Positions 7,971 to 16,690 of a DNA stretch of 64,000 nucleotides are shown here, piece after piece; positions within the stretch are counted from its first letter, which is position 1, and each line of letters begins with the position of its first letter. The DNA comes from an uncultured Methanosarcinales archaeon (GTDB lineage Archaea; Nanobdellota; Nanobdellia; Woesearchaeales; CAXGTL01). The DNA lies in NCBI GenBank assembly GCA_964645705.1, contig CAZYAB010000003.1, forward strand, positions 70,068-134,067, in the 5' to 3' direction. The notes beneath the pieces were generated by a model that saw only the letters and a list, made by a program, of their open reading frames with translations, was not told where the DNA came from and did no database searches. The translations under genes and the position numbers were made by a program.

Positions 7971-8960
7971 ATGAAAATAAAAACAATATTTGCTATTAGC
8001 ATGATTTTGTTGCTAATTTTGGTTATATCTGGTTGTGATGAAGAAGTAAGCAATACATCTCCTGGTGATGCATTCTTAGGTGGACAAGCAGGATTAAAAG
8101 TTGAGTTTCAAAAAGGAATGCCGCCTCCTGAAGTGCTTGATGATAATAAACAAAGATTTGGAATAGCTGTCAAACTTCATAATATTGGTGAATCAGATGT
8201 TATTGCAAATGGTGGTTATGTGGAAATAGTAGGTATCAATGCAAAACAGTTTGGTAAAAATAATCAAGATGATTTGAAAAAAGAAATAGATGATGAATTA
8301 AAAGGAGCGAAAAAGAGTTTAAGAGGAGGAGAAAGGATTGATGGAGGACAAACTATTGTTGAGTTCTCTGATTTAAAATATAAACCAGATCTTCCAGGTG
8401 ATAATAAATTTAACATTGTTGCTGATGTTTGCTATAACTATAAAACAACTAGCGTTGTAAATGTTTGTGTTAAAAAAGACTTGTTAAAAGATTTGTCAGA
8501 TGAAAAGATTTGTCAAGTAACAGGTGACAAAGATGTTCAAAATTCAGGAGGACCAATACATATAACAAAAGTGTCACAAAATCCGATAGGCGATAGTAAG
8601 ATACAGTTATTGTTTACTATTGCTCATGTAGGTGATCCTGAAGATAGTTTTTTCAAAAGAGGAACTGATTGTGATGATAGTACTGTAAATGATGATAGGT
8701 ATAGAGTGTATTTTAAGATATTAAGTGATATAGACGGTGCAAAACCTCAATGTAATAGGCTAGAAACAGCTTCTGGTGATAATGTGGATAGGTCAGAAGG
8801 TTATATTACTTTATATGATAGAGAAGAACAACCTATGTCATGTACAATTGATCTTAGCGGTGTTTCAAGCAAAGCTTTTGAAACTGTTCTTAAACTTGAG
8901 ATGGAATACAGATATTTACAAAGCTTGGGTAAAGAATTGATTGTCAAGGATGTGAGTTAG
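7971..8960 (+). CDS. Secreted lipobox protein, paralog 3 of 3 (unknown family)
   Basis: AGGTGAT lies 6 nt upstream of the ATG. Signal peptide plus ISGC lipobox. Shared motifs are GQAGLKVEF..MPPP, CYNYKTTSVVNVCV, SGGPIHITKV and MEYRYLQSLGKELIV. Confidence 0.85.
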   Translation: MKIKTIFAISMILLLILVISGCDEEVSNTSPGDAFLGGQAGLKVEFQKGMPPPEVLDDNKQRFGIAVKLHNIGESDVIANGGYVEIVGINAKQFGKNNQDDLKKEIDDELKGAKKSLRGGERIDGGQTIVEFSDLKYKPDLPGDNKFNIVADVCYNYKTTSVVNVCVKKDLLKDLSDEKICQVTGDKDVQNSGGPIHITKVSQNPIGDSKIQLLFTIAHVGDPEDSFFKRGTDCDDSTVNDDRYRVYFKILSDIDGAKPQCNRLETASGDNVDRSEGYITLYDREEQPMSCTIDLSGVSSKAFETVLKLEMEYRYLQSLGKELIVKDVS

Positions 8961-9010
8961 ACCTGCCAAGCCTTTCCCCCGACCACCCGCCCCAGGGTAA
9001 GTAGTAGGGA
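8961..9010 (+). repeat. C-rich intergenic repeat, copy E2
   Basis: ACCTGCCAAGCCTTTCCCCCGACCACCCGCCCCAGGGTAAGTAGTAGGGA begins immediately after the TAG stop of the preceding gene. Confidence 0.7.
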
Positions 9011-9012
9011 CA

Positions 9013-9030
9013 TTTTTTATTTCTTTTTTA
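9013..9030. terminator. T-rich tract between convergent genes (terminator candidate)
   Basis: TTTTTTATTTCTTTTTTA lies between the 7971-8960 (+) and 9037-9291 (-) gene ends. Confidence 0.3.
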
Positions 9031-9036
9031 TTTATT

Positions 9037-9291
9037 TTATTTATATTTAATTTTAAGGACTAGAATTGATAGAGATAATGAGAATATTATTGCATTTGCT
9101 ATTGCAAGAGGCCATGAATGAATAAGAATTCCATAAATAAGCCATAAAACTTGGCTTGTTGTAAATATGAGATACATATGCAAACTTACATCTTTTGTTG
9201 ATTTAGTTTTCCATGATTTTATGACTTGTGGCATAAATGAAATTACAGACAATATTGTTGCTATATAACCAATGAGTTCTATGTATATCAT
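9037..9291 (-). CDS. SemiSWEET / PQ-loop (MtN3-like) 3-TM sugar transporter
   Basis: 84 aa with three hydrophobic helices and the PQ motif (SFMPQVIKSWKTKST). Confidence 0.8.
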   Translation of the reverse strand: MIYIELIGYIATILSVISFMPQVIKSWKTKSTKDVSLHMYLIFTTSQVLWLIYGILIHSWPLAIANAIIFSLSLSILVLKIKYK

Positions 9292-9317
9292 GATTTATAT
9301 TAAAATTAGATTATTAT

Positions 9318-10298
9318 TTAAACTTTGCTCTCTTTTTCACCTAACAAAGTAAGATAAGCTAATAATGCTTCTAATTGTAAGAATTCATCAGAACCCTCGA
9401 CCAATCTAAATTCTATGTCACCTGTTTTGTCTAAGATCATTACTTTGCCTCTGTCTGATATGTGTTCTTTATCTAGTTTCCACACTTCTCTTGATATTTG
9501 TTTTATTACATCAAGACCAGACAGACCATAGTTAAGCATTGTGTCAAGTAACATGTTTCTTGATTCTATAAATTTGTTTTTTAGTGCTAGTTCTAATATT
9601 TGTTTTATTTCTTGTGGTTGTGCCATTGATGCCATTGAAAAGATTATGTCAGTTGTTATGTTTTTTGATATTGCTGCACAGCTTTGCATAATATTTTCTA
9701 GTTTTCTACAATCACCATTGCTTGCTTTGAATAAAGCTAGTTTTGTTTCATCTGATAATTCTAGTGATTCATTATTTGCAATCTGATCTATTAATTCAAA
9801 TATGTTTTCTTTAGGCAATGGTTTGAATTTAAATATTGCACACCTTGATTGTATTGGATCCAAGATCTTTGACATATAATTACAGCTTAGTATGAATCTG
9901 CATGTTGATGTATAATTTTCCATTGTTCTTCTCAAAGCTTGCTGTGCTTCTTTTGTCAATGCATCTGCTTCATCTAAAAGAATTATTTTAAATGGAACAT
10001 CACCTAATGCTTTTGTCCTTGCAAAGTCTTTTACTTTGACTCTTATTATATCTATGCCTCTTTCGTCTGATGCATTTAATTCTAAGAAATTCTGTCTCCA
10101 AGATTCACCAAATAATTGTCTTGCCATTACTAATGCAATCGTTGATTTTCCTATTCCTGCCGGGCCTGCGAACAATAAGTGAGGCATGTTATTTTGCTCA
10201 ACAAATGCTTTAACTTTGTTGATTACGTGTTGCTGACCTTTTACTTGTTCAAATGTCTTTGGCCTGTATTTTTCTGTCCAGATTGCTGATTCTGTCAT
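9318..10298 (-). CDS. rfcS: Replication factor C small subunit
   Basis: Walker [19 protein letters not shown], the SRC motif ([10 protein letters not shown]), and an N-terminal [10 protein letters not shown] box. Confidence 0.95.
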   Translation of the reverse strand: MTESAIWTEKYRPKTFEQVKGQQHVINKVKAFVEQNNMPHLLFAGPAGIGKSTIALVMARQLFGESWRQNFLELNASDERGIDIIRVKVKDFARTKALGDVPFKIILLDEADALTKEAQQALRRTMENYTSTCRFILSCNYMSKILDPIQSRCAIFKFKPLPKENIFELIDQIANNESLELSDETKLALFKASNGDCRKLENIMQSCAAISKNITTDIIFSMASMAQPQEIKQILELALKNKFIESRNMLLDTMLNYGLSGLDVIKQISREVWKLDKEHISDRGKVMILDKTGDIEFRLVEGSDEFLQLEALLAYLTLLGEKESKV

Positions 10299-10423
10299 GT
10301 TGTTGGGAAGAATTAGGTGTTTATAAAGATGTTTGTTTTATAATATAGATATGGAGATAATAACTAAAAATATATAGAATATTAATAAATAACAAATGGA
10401 ATAATAAAAATAAATTAAAAAAC

Positions 10424-10687
10424 TTAAATAATATCTTCTTCAGCTATAACCAGAAAGTCTCCAATAGCCATTACAGCGCTGAATGGAATAAGAATCTTGT
10501 TTTCTTTGTCTTTTTCTAGTTCTAGTTTGTCTGTGTAAGAAGTTGGACTAGCAAGTACAATATGAATTAATTCACCTGATCTTGTTTCAAATATAAGATC
10601 ACCTACTTCACCAAATCTTTTGCCTGTTTTTGATACTACTGTTTTACCAATCAGGTCTTTTGAGAATTTTTTTTCATCATCAGCCAT
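10424..10687 (-). CDS. PRC-barrel domain protein
   Basis: 87 aa; LIGKTVVSKTGKRFGEVGDLIFETRSGELIHIVL resembles PRC barrels. Confidence 0.6.
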   Translation of the reverse strand: MADDEKKFSKDLIGKTVVSKTGKRFGEVGDLIFETRSGELIHIVLASPTSYTDKLELEKDKENKILIPFSAVMAIGDFLVIAEEDII

Positions 10688-10813
10688 ATTTATTCACCTA
10701 TTTTATGTTTTTATATATTAATTGTTTAGTATTTGTTATATATATACTTATCTAATACACTGAATACTAATTTCATATTTAAAGTTTATGGTTGTATAGT
10801 GAATATTTGTGTA

Positions 10814-11623
10814 TTATTCATAACTGTAACATATAGGTTTAAGACTACACGCATTGCATTTGTTTTTATTTTGGCAAACATTAGGCATGTTTTTTGATTT
10901 TAATAAATGCTTTACTTTGTCTTTTATTTCAACTACTTCTTGTGATAAGAATGGGTTTAATATTAGCTCTCGTTTTTCATTATGATCAATATAATGAATA
11001 AATCCTGATTTGATTGTTTTTATGTATTTTTCTTGAAGCATCAATAAGTATGCTGCTAATTGTATCTTGTGGCCCGGCCATATGCCTTTATTAGGCATTT
11101 TGCCTGACTTCATCTCAATTGGAATGATTCTTGTACCGTGTATTTCTAGTTTATCTATTATGCCTCTTAATTCTAGTTGTTTTGATTGAATCCTTATTTC
11201 TGATTTAATCTTTGGCGTCAATAATTCCCATAACTTATCACCAAGAACATTATTAGTTGTTATGAATTCATGTATGTGTCTTGTGATAAATTCTGATTCT
11301 TGTTTGAATAATGGCCAGATTTGTTTGAATGCGTCTATTAATGGCAATTGAGCTTTTCTTAATTGTGATTTATTGTTTATTATTGCTGTTCTTAGTGCTT
11401 GTGAATAATTTGCAGTATAAATCTTGAATATATCATTGATATCTTTTGATCTTATGTTTTTTACAATGTTTTCTTGTATTTTGTTTATCTGGTCAAATGT
11501 GTGATGTTTGATTGTTCCTTTGATTATTGCTTTTTTAGGTGGTTTTATTATTTTTAGAACTTGTGTTAAGTAAATAGATCTAGGACAATATAAGTATGAA
11601 GATAAGGTTGTTACGGAGATCAT
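10814..11623 (-). CDS. Cas4/RecB-like PD-(D/E)XK exonuclease with a 4-Cys cluster (stand-alone)
   Basis: N-terminal YLYCPRSIYL, a central IIDKL...IPIEMKSGK (D..ExK) motif, and C-terminal CQNKNKCNACSLKPIC. Confidence 0.75.
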   Translation of the reverse strand: MISVTTLSSYLYCPRSIYLTQVLKIIKPPKKAIIKGTIKHHTFDQINKIQENIVKNIRSKDINDIFKIYTANYSQALRTAIINNKSQLRKAQLPLIDAFKQIWPLFKQESEFITRHIHEFITTNNVLGDKLWELLTPKIKSEIRIQSKQLELRGIIDKLEIHGTRIIPIEMKSGKMPNKGIWPGHKIQLAAYLLMLQEKYIKTIKSGFIHYIDHNEKRELILNPFLSQEVVEIKDKVKHLLKSKNMPNVCQNKNKCNACSLKPICYSYE

Positions 11624-11666
11624 GGTCTTGGGTGTAGGAAGATATATTTATGTGTTTTGTTAGGTT

Positions 11667-12362
11667 TTACCAAAATCTTTGCCTTGGTTTTTCATCTTCT
11701 GTTTTATATTTGGTTTTTGAATTATCATATTTTATTGGATTTCTAAGTAATACTAAGATTGGTGTTAAATCAACATTTTCTTTTAATACATCATAATATG
11801 ATTCAAATCTTCCAATTACATAATGAAAATATACTGCGTTATTTAGTTGTACATTTTTGGTTACTTGTTTTTGTTTTACTTTCCCGTGATGTATGAATTT
11901 TTCTATATGCTTTTTATTAGCGAAAACCCTATGAAAAACTAATTTTTGTTGTGTAATTCCATTAAACTCTGGATCTTTGTGCATATGGTATAAATAACTA
12001 ATCCAATCACCTGGAACGTGATTGCATAAATAAGATATTTTATGAATTCGATCTATGCATGGATTGTGGAAATCTCTCATTGCATTTATGTTTGTTATAA
12101 GATATAGATCAATATCAGGATTTTGTTCATTTTTAGGCACGTATTTTTTGTATTCTTCATTAGAATTAATGTCAAAAAACATGCTGATAAATGCTTTTTT
12201 TGGTGATACTAATGTGTATTCATCTATGATATCAGAACATTGTTCAAATAAGTATTGGGCTTGATCATCTATAATATTGACTAAACTATCAATTATGTGT
12301 TTTTCTTGTTTGAGAAATATTTTTATGTGTCCTGTTGGTCTTGTATCATGAAGAGAATCCAA
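11667..12362 (-). CDS. Hypothetical protein upstream of the Cas4-like gene
   Basis: 231-aa ORF on the same strand, 43 nt upstream of 10814-11623. No motif was confidently recognised. Confidence 0.6.
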   Translation of the reverse strand: MDSLHDTRPTGHIKIFLKQEKHIIDSLVNIIDDQAQYLFEQCSDIIDEYTLVSPKKAFISMFFDINSNEEYKKYVPKNEQNPDIDLYLITNINAMRDFHNPCIDRIHKISYLCNHVPGDWISYLYHMHKDPEFNGITQQKLVFHRVFANKKHIEKFIHHGKVKQKQVTKNVQLNNAVYFHYVIGRFESYYDVLKENVDLTPILVLLRNPIKYDNSKTKYKTEDEKPRQRFW

Positions 12363-12476
12363 TATCTATCACCTTAGAATTTTGGTTTTTTCGGAATATT
12401 TTTAAAGATTTATATACTTAAAAATAGGTAATAGAAAATAAAATCATATATATATTATTGCTTTTAAAGAGGTTTT

Positions 12477-14918
12477 ATGAAGAGATTGGGGGTTTTTGTG
12501 GTGGTTTTTGTGGTTTTTTTTAGTGTGTTTTGCATTGGTGATGATTTTTCTGTTGTTGTGAAATTAAGTGATGAAATTTATACAAATGTTGAATATGATA
12601 AGTTATACACTGTAAAGAATCATGATTGGAGAAGTAATAGAATTATGTCTGATATAGTTGTCAATTATTATTTATTAGATGAATTTGATGAAATTTTACT
12701 AGATGAAGAGCTTGAAATAACTAGTTTAAAAAGTTCAAAAACGTCAAAAACAGGTCTTATCCATCTACAAGAACCTGGTGATTATTATTTTTGTGCTGAA
12801 ATAATTGAAACTTCTTTAGAAGATAATAATCAAGATAATGATCTAGATTGTAAGGAAATAAGTGTTATTGGTTTTGATGATGGTGATGTATTTAATGATT
12901 TTCAAGTAACTGTTGTTTTGAATGATGTTATATTTTCTGAATTAGAATATTATGATCTGTTTAAAATAGAGAATTTAGGTTGGGGTGATTTCAAAATTGA
13001 AACTAATCTCACTATTAATTATTATATATTTGATGAGAATAATGATCTTGTATTCGAAGATGAAACTTTTGTAGAAGGTTTGAAGAGTTCAAAAAAGTCT
13101 AAAACAGGAATTATTTACATAGAGGATGAAGGGAATTATACTTTTTGTGCTGAAATTATTCAAACTTCTTTTGATGATGATAATGAAGAAAATAATCTTA
13201 ATTGTAAAAATATATTAGCAATTGATTCTTCTAATGTTCCTTGTAATATGAGTATTGGCATTGATTCAAAAGATTATTTTTATTCAAATGAGACTAGTTT
13301 CAGATTTGATTTTGTTGTATCTAATGAAGAGTTTTATCCTGATGTTGAGTTTTGGGTTGAAGATATGTTTGGTTATATTGTACAAGATATTGATGAATAT
13401 GAAGTAGATGATAATTATTATGGAAGAATGTATAAATCAAATATTGGTGAAGTGTATGATTATCAAAATATTGTTGTTAAAGCGAATATTACAAAACCTT
13501 GGTGTTATGATTCTGATTATAGTGATAATTTGGCTGAAAAGATGATAGTTGTAAAAAATCCAACATATTATACTTTCCAAGAATATGAAATAAATCCTTA
13601 TATTATAGTTGAAGCAAAAAATAAAGGAACTATTAATTTTGGTGATAGGTTTTATGTTGAAATAGAGGAAGCATGGTCAGGAGATATGTCTGGCAGGATC
13701 AAGATATGGGTTGAGGATAATAAAACTAAGAAAAAAATAAGTGAATCAATTGTTAGCATTGGAATGCCTAAGATGTCTTATATTGAAGATCTTAAGATAC
13801 CTATTGAATTAAAAGATAATTGTGATAGGAAATTTGACGATGGAAATTATTCAATAGTTTATGAAGGGTTTGGGTTTAAGGATAATATTTTTGTAGATGT
13901 TGGAGGAATTGATAATAGAATCTGTAGAAGTGATAATTCTAAAAAGGATTCTTCAATAAGCATTGATAAAGTTAAATATAAATCAGGAGATTATGCAAAA
14001 TTAGGAGAATCAATAAGAGCAGAAGTTAATGTGTATAAAGGTGATACCGGGAAGAGTAGTCTTCGTGCTTATGTTGTTGATGATAGAAATAAAAGAATAA
14101 GTTCTTATGATTCTAAATTCTTGTTAAAAACAAAGTATCAAAAATATGATTTAACAATTCCTATTCAATTAAAACCATTATGCGATGAAAAAACAGATGA
14201 AAGAGATTATACTTTAATTGTTAGAGGTCTTGATCTTGAGACAAAAGAACTAATTGAAATTGATGGCAATTTGCCTACTCTTTGTAAATATCATGACAAG
14301 GATGATGAATCTAATAAAAAGGTGAAAAAAAGAAAAGGCAGTTTTGATGCAGAGTTTGCTTCTTATCCATCTAAGGTAAGAGTTGGTGAATTGTTTTATG
14401 TTGAGGTTAAATTAGAAAATAATAAAGATGAGGATATTGGTGTTGATATTTGGTCAAATATTGTAAAAGGTAGGAAAAAATTTGGTGAAAATAATAAAAA
14501 GAATGTCCAAGTTAAAGAAGGGGAAAGTGTTAATGTTAAATTACTTGGTTCTGTTGATGAAATTGATCCTGGTGAGTATGAACTAAAGGTTGGCATGGAT
14601 AGAAGCGATATAAAAACAAATAAATATTTGAGGGAAAGTATTTTGGTTGAGAGTAGTGAGAAGAATGATACTTGTGTTATTTATCAGGGATTTGCGGCTG
14701 TTTCTGATGTTAATGAAACTTTTGAAACTAAAGTTTTTGAATCAGCTACAACTGATAAATATTCTTATAAATATGATAAAGATATTGAGCAAGTTAAGCC
14801 TGTAACTGGTACTGTTATTTATGAATCATCGACTGTTCGTGCTTCTAAGTTAGTACCTTATATTATTATATTTATGTTGTTAGTGCTTTGTGTTGTGTTG
14901 GTTGTTTGGAAGGTTTAG
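12477..14918 (+). CDS. Large repeat-containing surface protein with signal peptide and C-terminal TM anchor
   Basis: 813 aa with an N-terminal hydrophobic signal. Two ~110-aa repeats share NYY(L/I)(L/F)DE..., LKSSK(T/K)SKTG(L/I)I..., and (Y/T)FCAEII(E/Q)TS. Further beta-sandwich-like repeats follow. The C-terminal helix is LVPYIIIFMLLVLCVVLVVW. Confidence 0.8.
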   Translation: MKRLGVFVVVFVVFFSVFCIGDDFSVVVKLSDEIYTNVEYDKLYTVKNHDWRSNRIMSDIVVNYYLLDEFDEILLDEELEITSLKSSKTSKTGLIHLQEPGDYYFCAEIIETSLEDNNQDNDLDCKEISVIGFDDGDVFNDFQVTVVLNDVIFSELEYYDLFKIENLGWGDFKIETNLTINYYIFDENNDLVFEDETFVEGLKSSKKSKTGIIYIEDEGNYTFCAEIIQTSFDDDNEENNLNCKNILAIDSSNVPCNMSIGIDSKDYFYSNETSFRFDFVVSNEEFYPDVEFWVEDMFGYIVQDIDEYEVDDNYYGRMYKSNIGEVYDYQNIVVKANITKPWCYDSDYSDNLAEKMIVVKNPTYYTFQEYEINPYIIVEAKNKGTINFGDRFYVEIEEAWSGDMSGRIKIWVEDNKTKKKISESIVSIGMPKMSYIEDLKIPIELKDNCDRKFDDGNYSIVYEGFGFKDNIFVDVGGIDNRICRSDNSKKDSSISIDKVKYKSGDYAKLGESIRAEVNVYKGDTGKSSLRAYVVDDRNKRISSYDSKFLLKTKYQKYDLTIPIQLKPLCDEKTDERDYTLIVRGLDLETKELIEIDGNLPTLCKYHDKDDESNKKVKKRKGSFDAEFASYPSKVRVGELFYVEVKLENNKDEDIGVDIWSNIVKGRKKFGENNKKNVQVKEGESVNVKLLGSVDEIDPGEYELKVGMDRSDIKTNKYLRESILVESSEKNDTCVIYQGFAAVSDVNETFETKVFESATTDKYSYKYDKDIEQVKPVTGTVIYESSTVRASKLVPYIIIFMLLVLCVVLVVWKV

Positions 14919-16690
14919 TAAACCTTAAAATCAACACAAACCCTATACACATGAGGTGAGAATTGTCCGCACTTATTGTAATGTATAATTTTGTATTTCT
15001 TTTTTGCTTTTTTGCATGCTTTTTTAATCTTTTTGATAGCTGCATCTGGAATGTCCTTTTCGTTAAGAAAATCATAGAAGTGGATTATTCCTTTTTTCTT
15101 TATTGATTTTAGAGCTAGGTGAAGAAAATCTTCTGCACTTTTTGGCAATGGCATTAAGATTCTGTCAAACTTCCTATGCTTATGCTCAACCTTTACATAG
15201 CTTCTTAACATTTCTGCTGGGTGTGCTTCATCTCTTGATCTTATCTCTGTAACACCCTGGTTTACATAAGGCAATATTCTGTTAAAATCAATATACCCTT
15301 TACCAATTTCTAAAGAATGATGAAAAAGGTCTGAATCATTTAAGTGGAAGTAGGTATTGAAATGTTTTCTCATTACTTTTATGTGATTTTCTATCTTATT
15401 ATTATCTTTGTATGTTTCATATAAATGGCATGTGTCAATGCAAACATTCTTGATTTTAGCTTTTTTATTTACATATAGAACGTCTGGTGTTTTTGAATAA
15501 ACGTCTTTGCTTGAGTTTTCAAAATAAAAATAATCATAATATTGTTTGAACCTTTTTAAGTTGTGTGCAATCACATCTCTTGTCTTTTTTGTTGATTTTT
15601 GATCTTCAAACGGAATATATGGGTGAACAATTGCTTTTATATGGTACTTTTTGCATAATTCACCTAATTTACCAAATACTTTTATCTCAGCAAAGATATC
15701 TTTTTTATGCAATGATAAATATTTGCCTTTGTATTTAAAAGGCATGTGTAATCTTACTGTAATATGTTTTCTCTGTAGATATTGGATTGTTTTTTCTAAT
15801 TTCTTTATACCACTAAACAAATCTGTTTCAAATAAATGCAATTCAACTATCTTAGGATTTAATTTCAATCGAGTTTCTAGTTCTTTTCTTATGTCAGATG
15901 CTTTTAACCCGATTATATGATGATATATGTTTGGAATCACTTTTTTAACATCACCTTTTAGTGCAATGATATTATGTATCTTATTCAATTTTATGTTTTC
16001 TAGAGCATATTTATGAGCAATTGGATTAATTTCTATTGCTGTTATTTCTTTTGCTTTTGTATTCTTTGCAATTGTTAATGGATATGGACAACAGCCTGAA
16101 AACATTACTAGTATTTCTTCATCTGGCTTTATCTGTTTGATGATTCTTTTTCTTTCTGTTGCAAGTCTTACTGAAAAATAGACTTTTTCTACGTCGAACT
16201 TTATGGTCGTATTATTTTCCTTATGTATTGCTTCCTTAGTATTCTTTCCTCCTAGATATTTCAACTTTTGCGTCCTAAATATTCCTTTGTGTTCTCCTGA
16301 TTTCTTAAGAACTGTTTTTATGTTTTTGTTTATTCTTAATAATGTTTTTGCAATTAACTTTTGTTTTTTTACTAATTCTTTATCGATTTCTAGTATTGCT
16401 ATGTTTCCTATTGTGTCATAAGCTGTTTTTAGATGTTGTAATTGTTTTTGTGTTAATTTCTTGTTTAATGCATTTCTCAGGTTTGTCTGTGTTTTTGATT
16501 TTCTTTCTAGTTTTTTGTTTGACTTTTGTATGAACTTGAATTTTGTTTTTATTTTTTTTAAATCTTTTACAGGCAAATACATATATTTCTTATCTTTTGA
16601 AAACTTATAATTAAAATCAAGAAGTTTGTTCTTTACTAAATATCTTTTTACAGATTCTGTTTTTTTAATAGGAATCTTTATTGTGATCAT
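14915..16690 (-). CDS. trm5: tRNA (m1G37) methyltransferase Trm5-like, interrupted by a ~250-aa xylose-isomerase/endonuclease-IV-like TIM-barrel insert
   Basis: Trm5/Met-10 motifs are present (FSVRLATERKR, LVMFSGCCPYPL, AIEINP, then FDRILMPLPKSAEDFL ... IIHFYDF ... YRVCVDF). Between them lies an insert with HMPF, IVHP, YFEN, CIDTCH, FHLNDS and EIGKGYIDF. The start is placed at the ATG at 16688-16690, which overlaps (ATGA) the upstream gene's stop. Confidence 0.8.
   Translation of the reverse strand: MITIKIPIKKTESVKRYLVKNKLLDFNYKFSKDKKYMYLPVKDLKKIKTKFKFIQKSNKKLERKSKTQTNLRNALNKKLTQKQLQHLKTAYDTIGNIAILEIDKELVKKQKLIAKTLLRINKNIKTVLKKSGEHKGIFRTQKLKYLGGKNTKEAIHKENNTTIKFDVEKVYFSVRLATERKRIIKQIKPDEEILVMFSGCCPYPLTIAKNTKAKEITAIEINPIAHKYALENIKLNKIHNIIALKGDVKKVIPNIYHHIIGLKASDIRKELETRLKLNPKIVELHLFETDLFSGIKKLEKTIQYLQRKHITVRLHMPFKYKGKYLSLHKKDIFAEIKVFGKLGELCKKYHIKAIVHPYIPFEDQKSTKKTRDVIAHNLKRFKQYYDYFYFENSSKDVYSKTPDVLYVNKKAKIKNVCIDTCHLYETYKDNNKIENHIKVMRKHFNTYFHLNDSDLFHHSLEIGKGYIDFNRILPYVNQGVTEIRSRDEAHPAEMLRSYVKVEHKHRKFDRILMPLPKSAEDFLHLALKSIKKKGIIHFYDFLNEKDIPDAAIKKIKKACKKAKKKYKIIHYNKCGQFSPHVYRVCVDFKVY

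Noticed and set aside
8990-9005. GGTAAGT strings inside the C-rich repeats (E2, E4, E6, E8) resembling a eukaryotic 5' splice site
   Set aside because: Archaea lack spliceosomal introns, and the motif lies outside coding sequence. It is treated as part of the repeat consensus only.
10814-11623. Cas4-like gene as evidence of a CRISPR-Cas locus
   Set aside because: No repeats, cas1/cas2 or effector genes are in the window. Stand-alone Cas4-family nucleases are common outside CRISPR contexts.
15170-15928. The insert in Trm5 as an intein
   Set aside because: There is no Cys/Ser/Thr at the N-junction, no terminal His-Asn followed by Cys/Ser/Thr, and no homing-endonuclease or Hint motifs. The motifs fit a metal-dependent TIM barrel instead.
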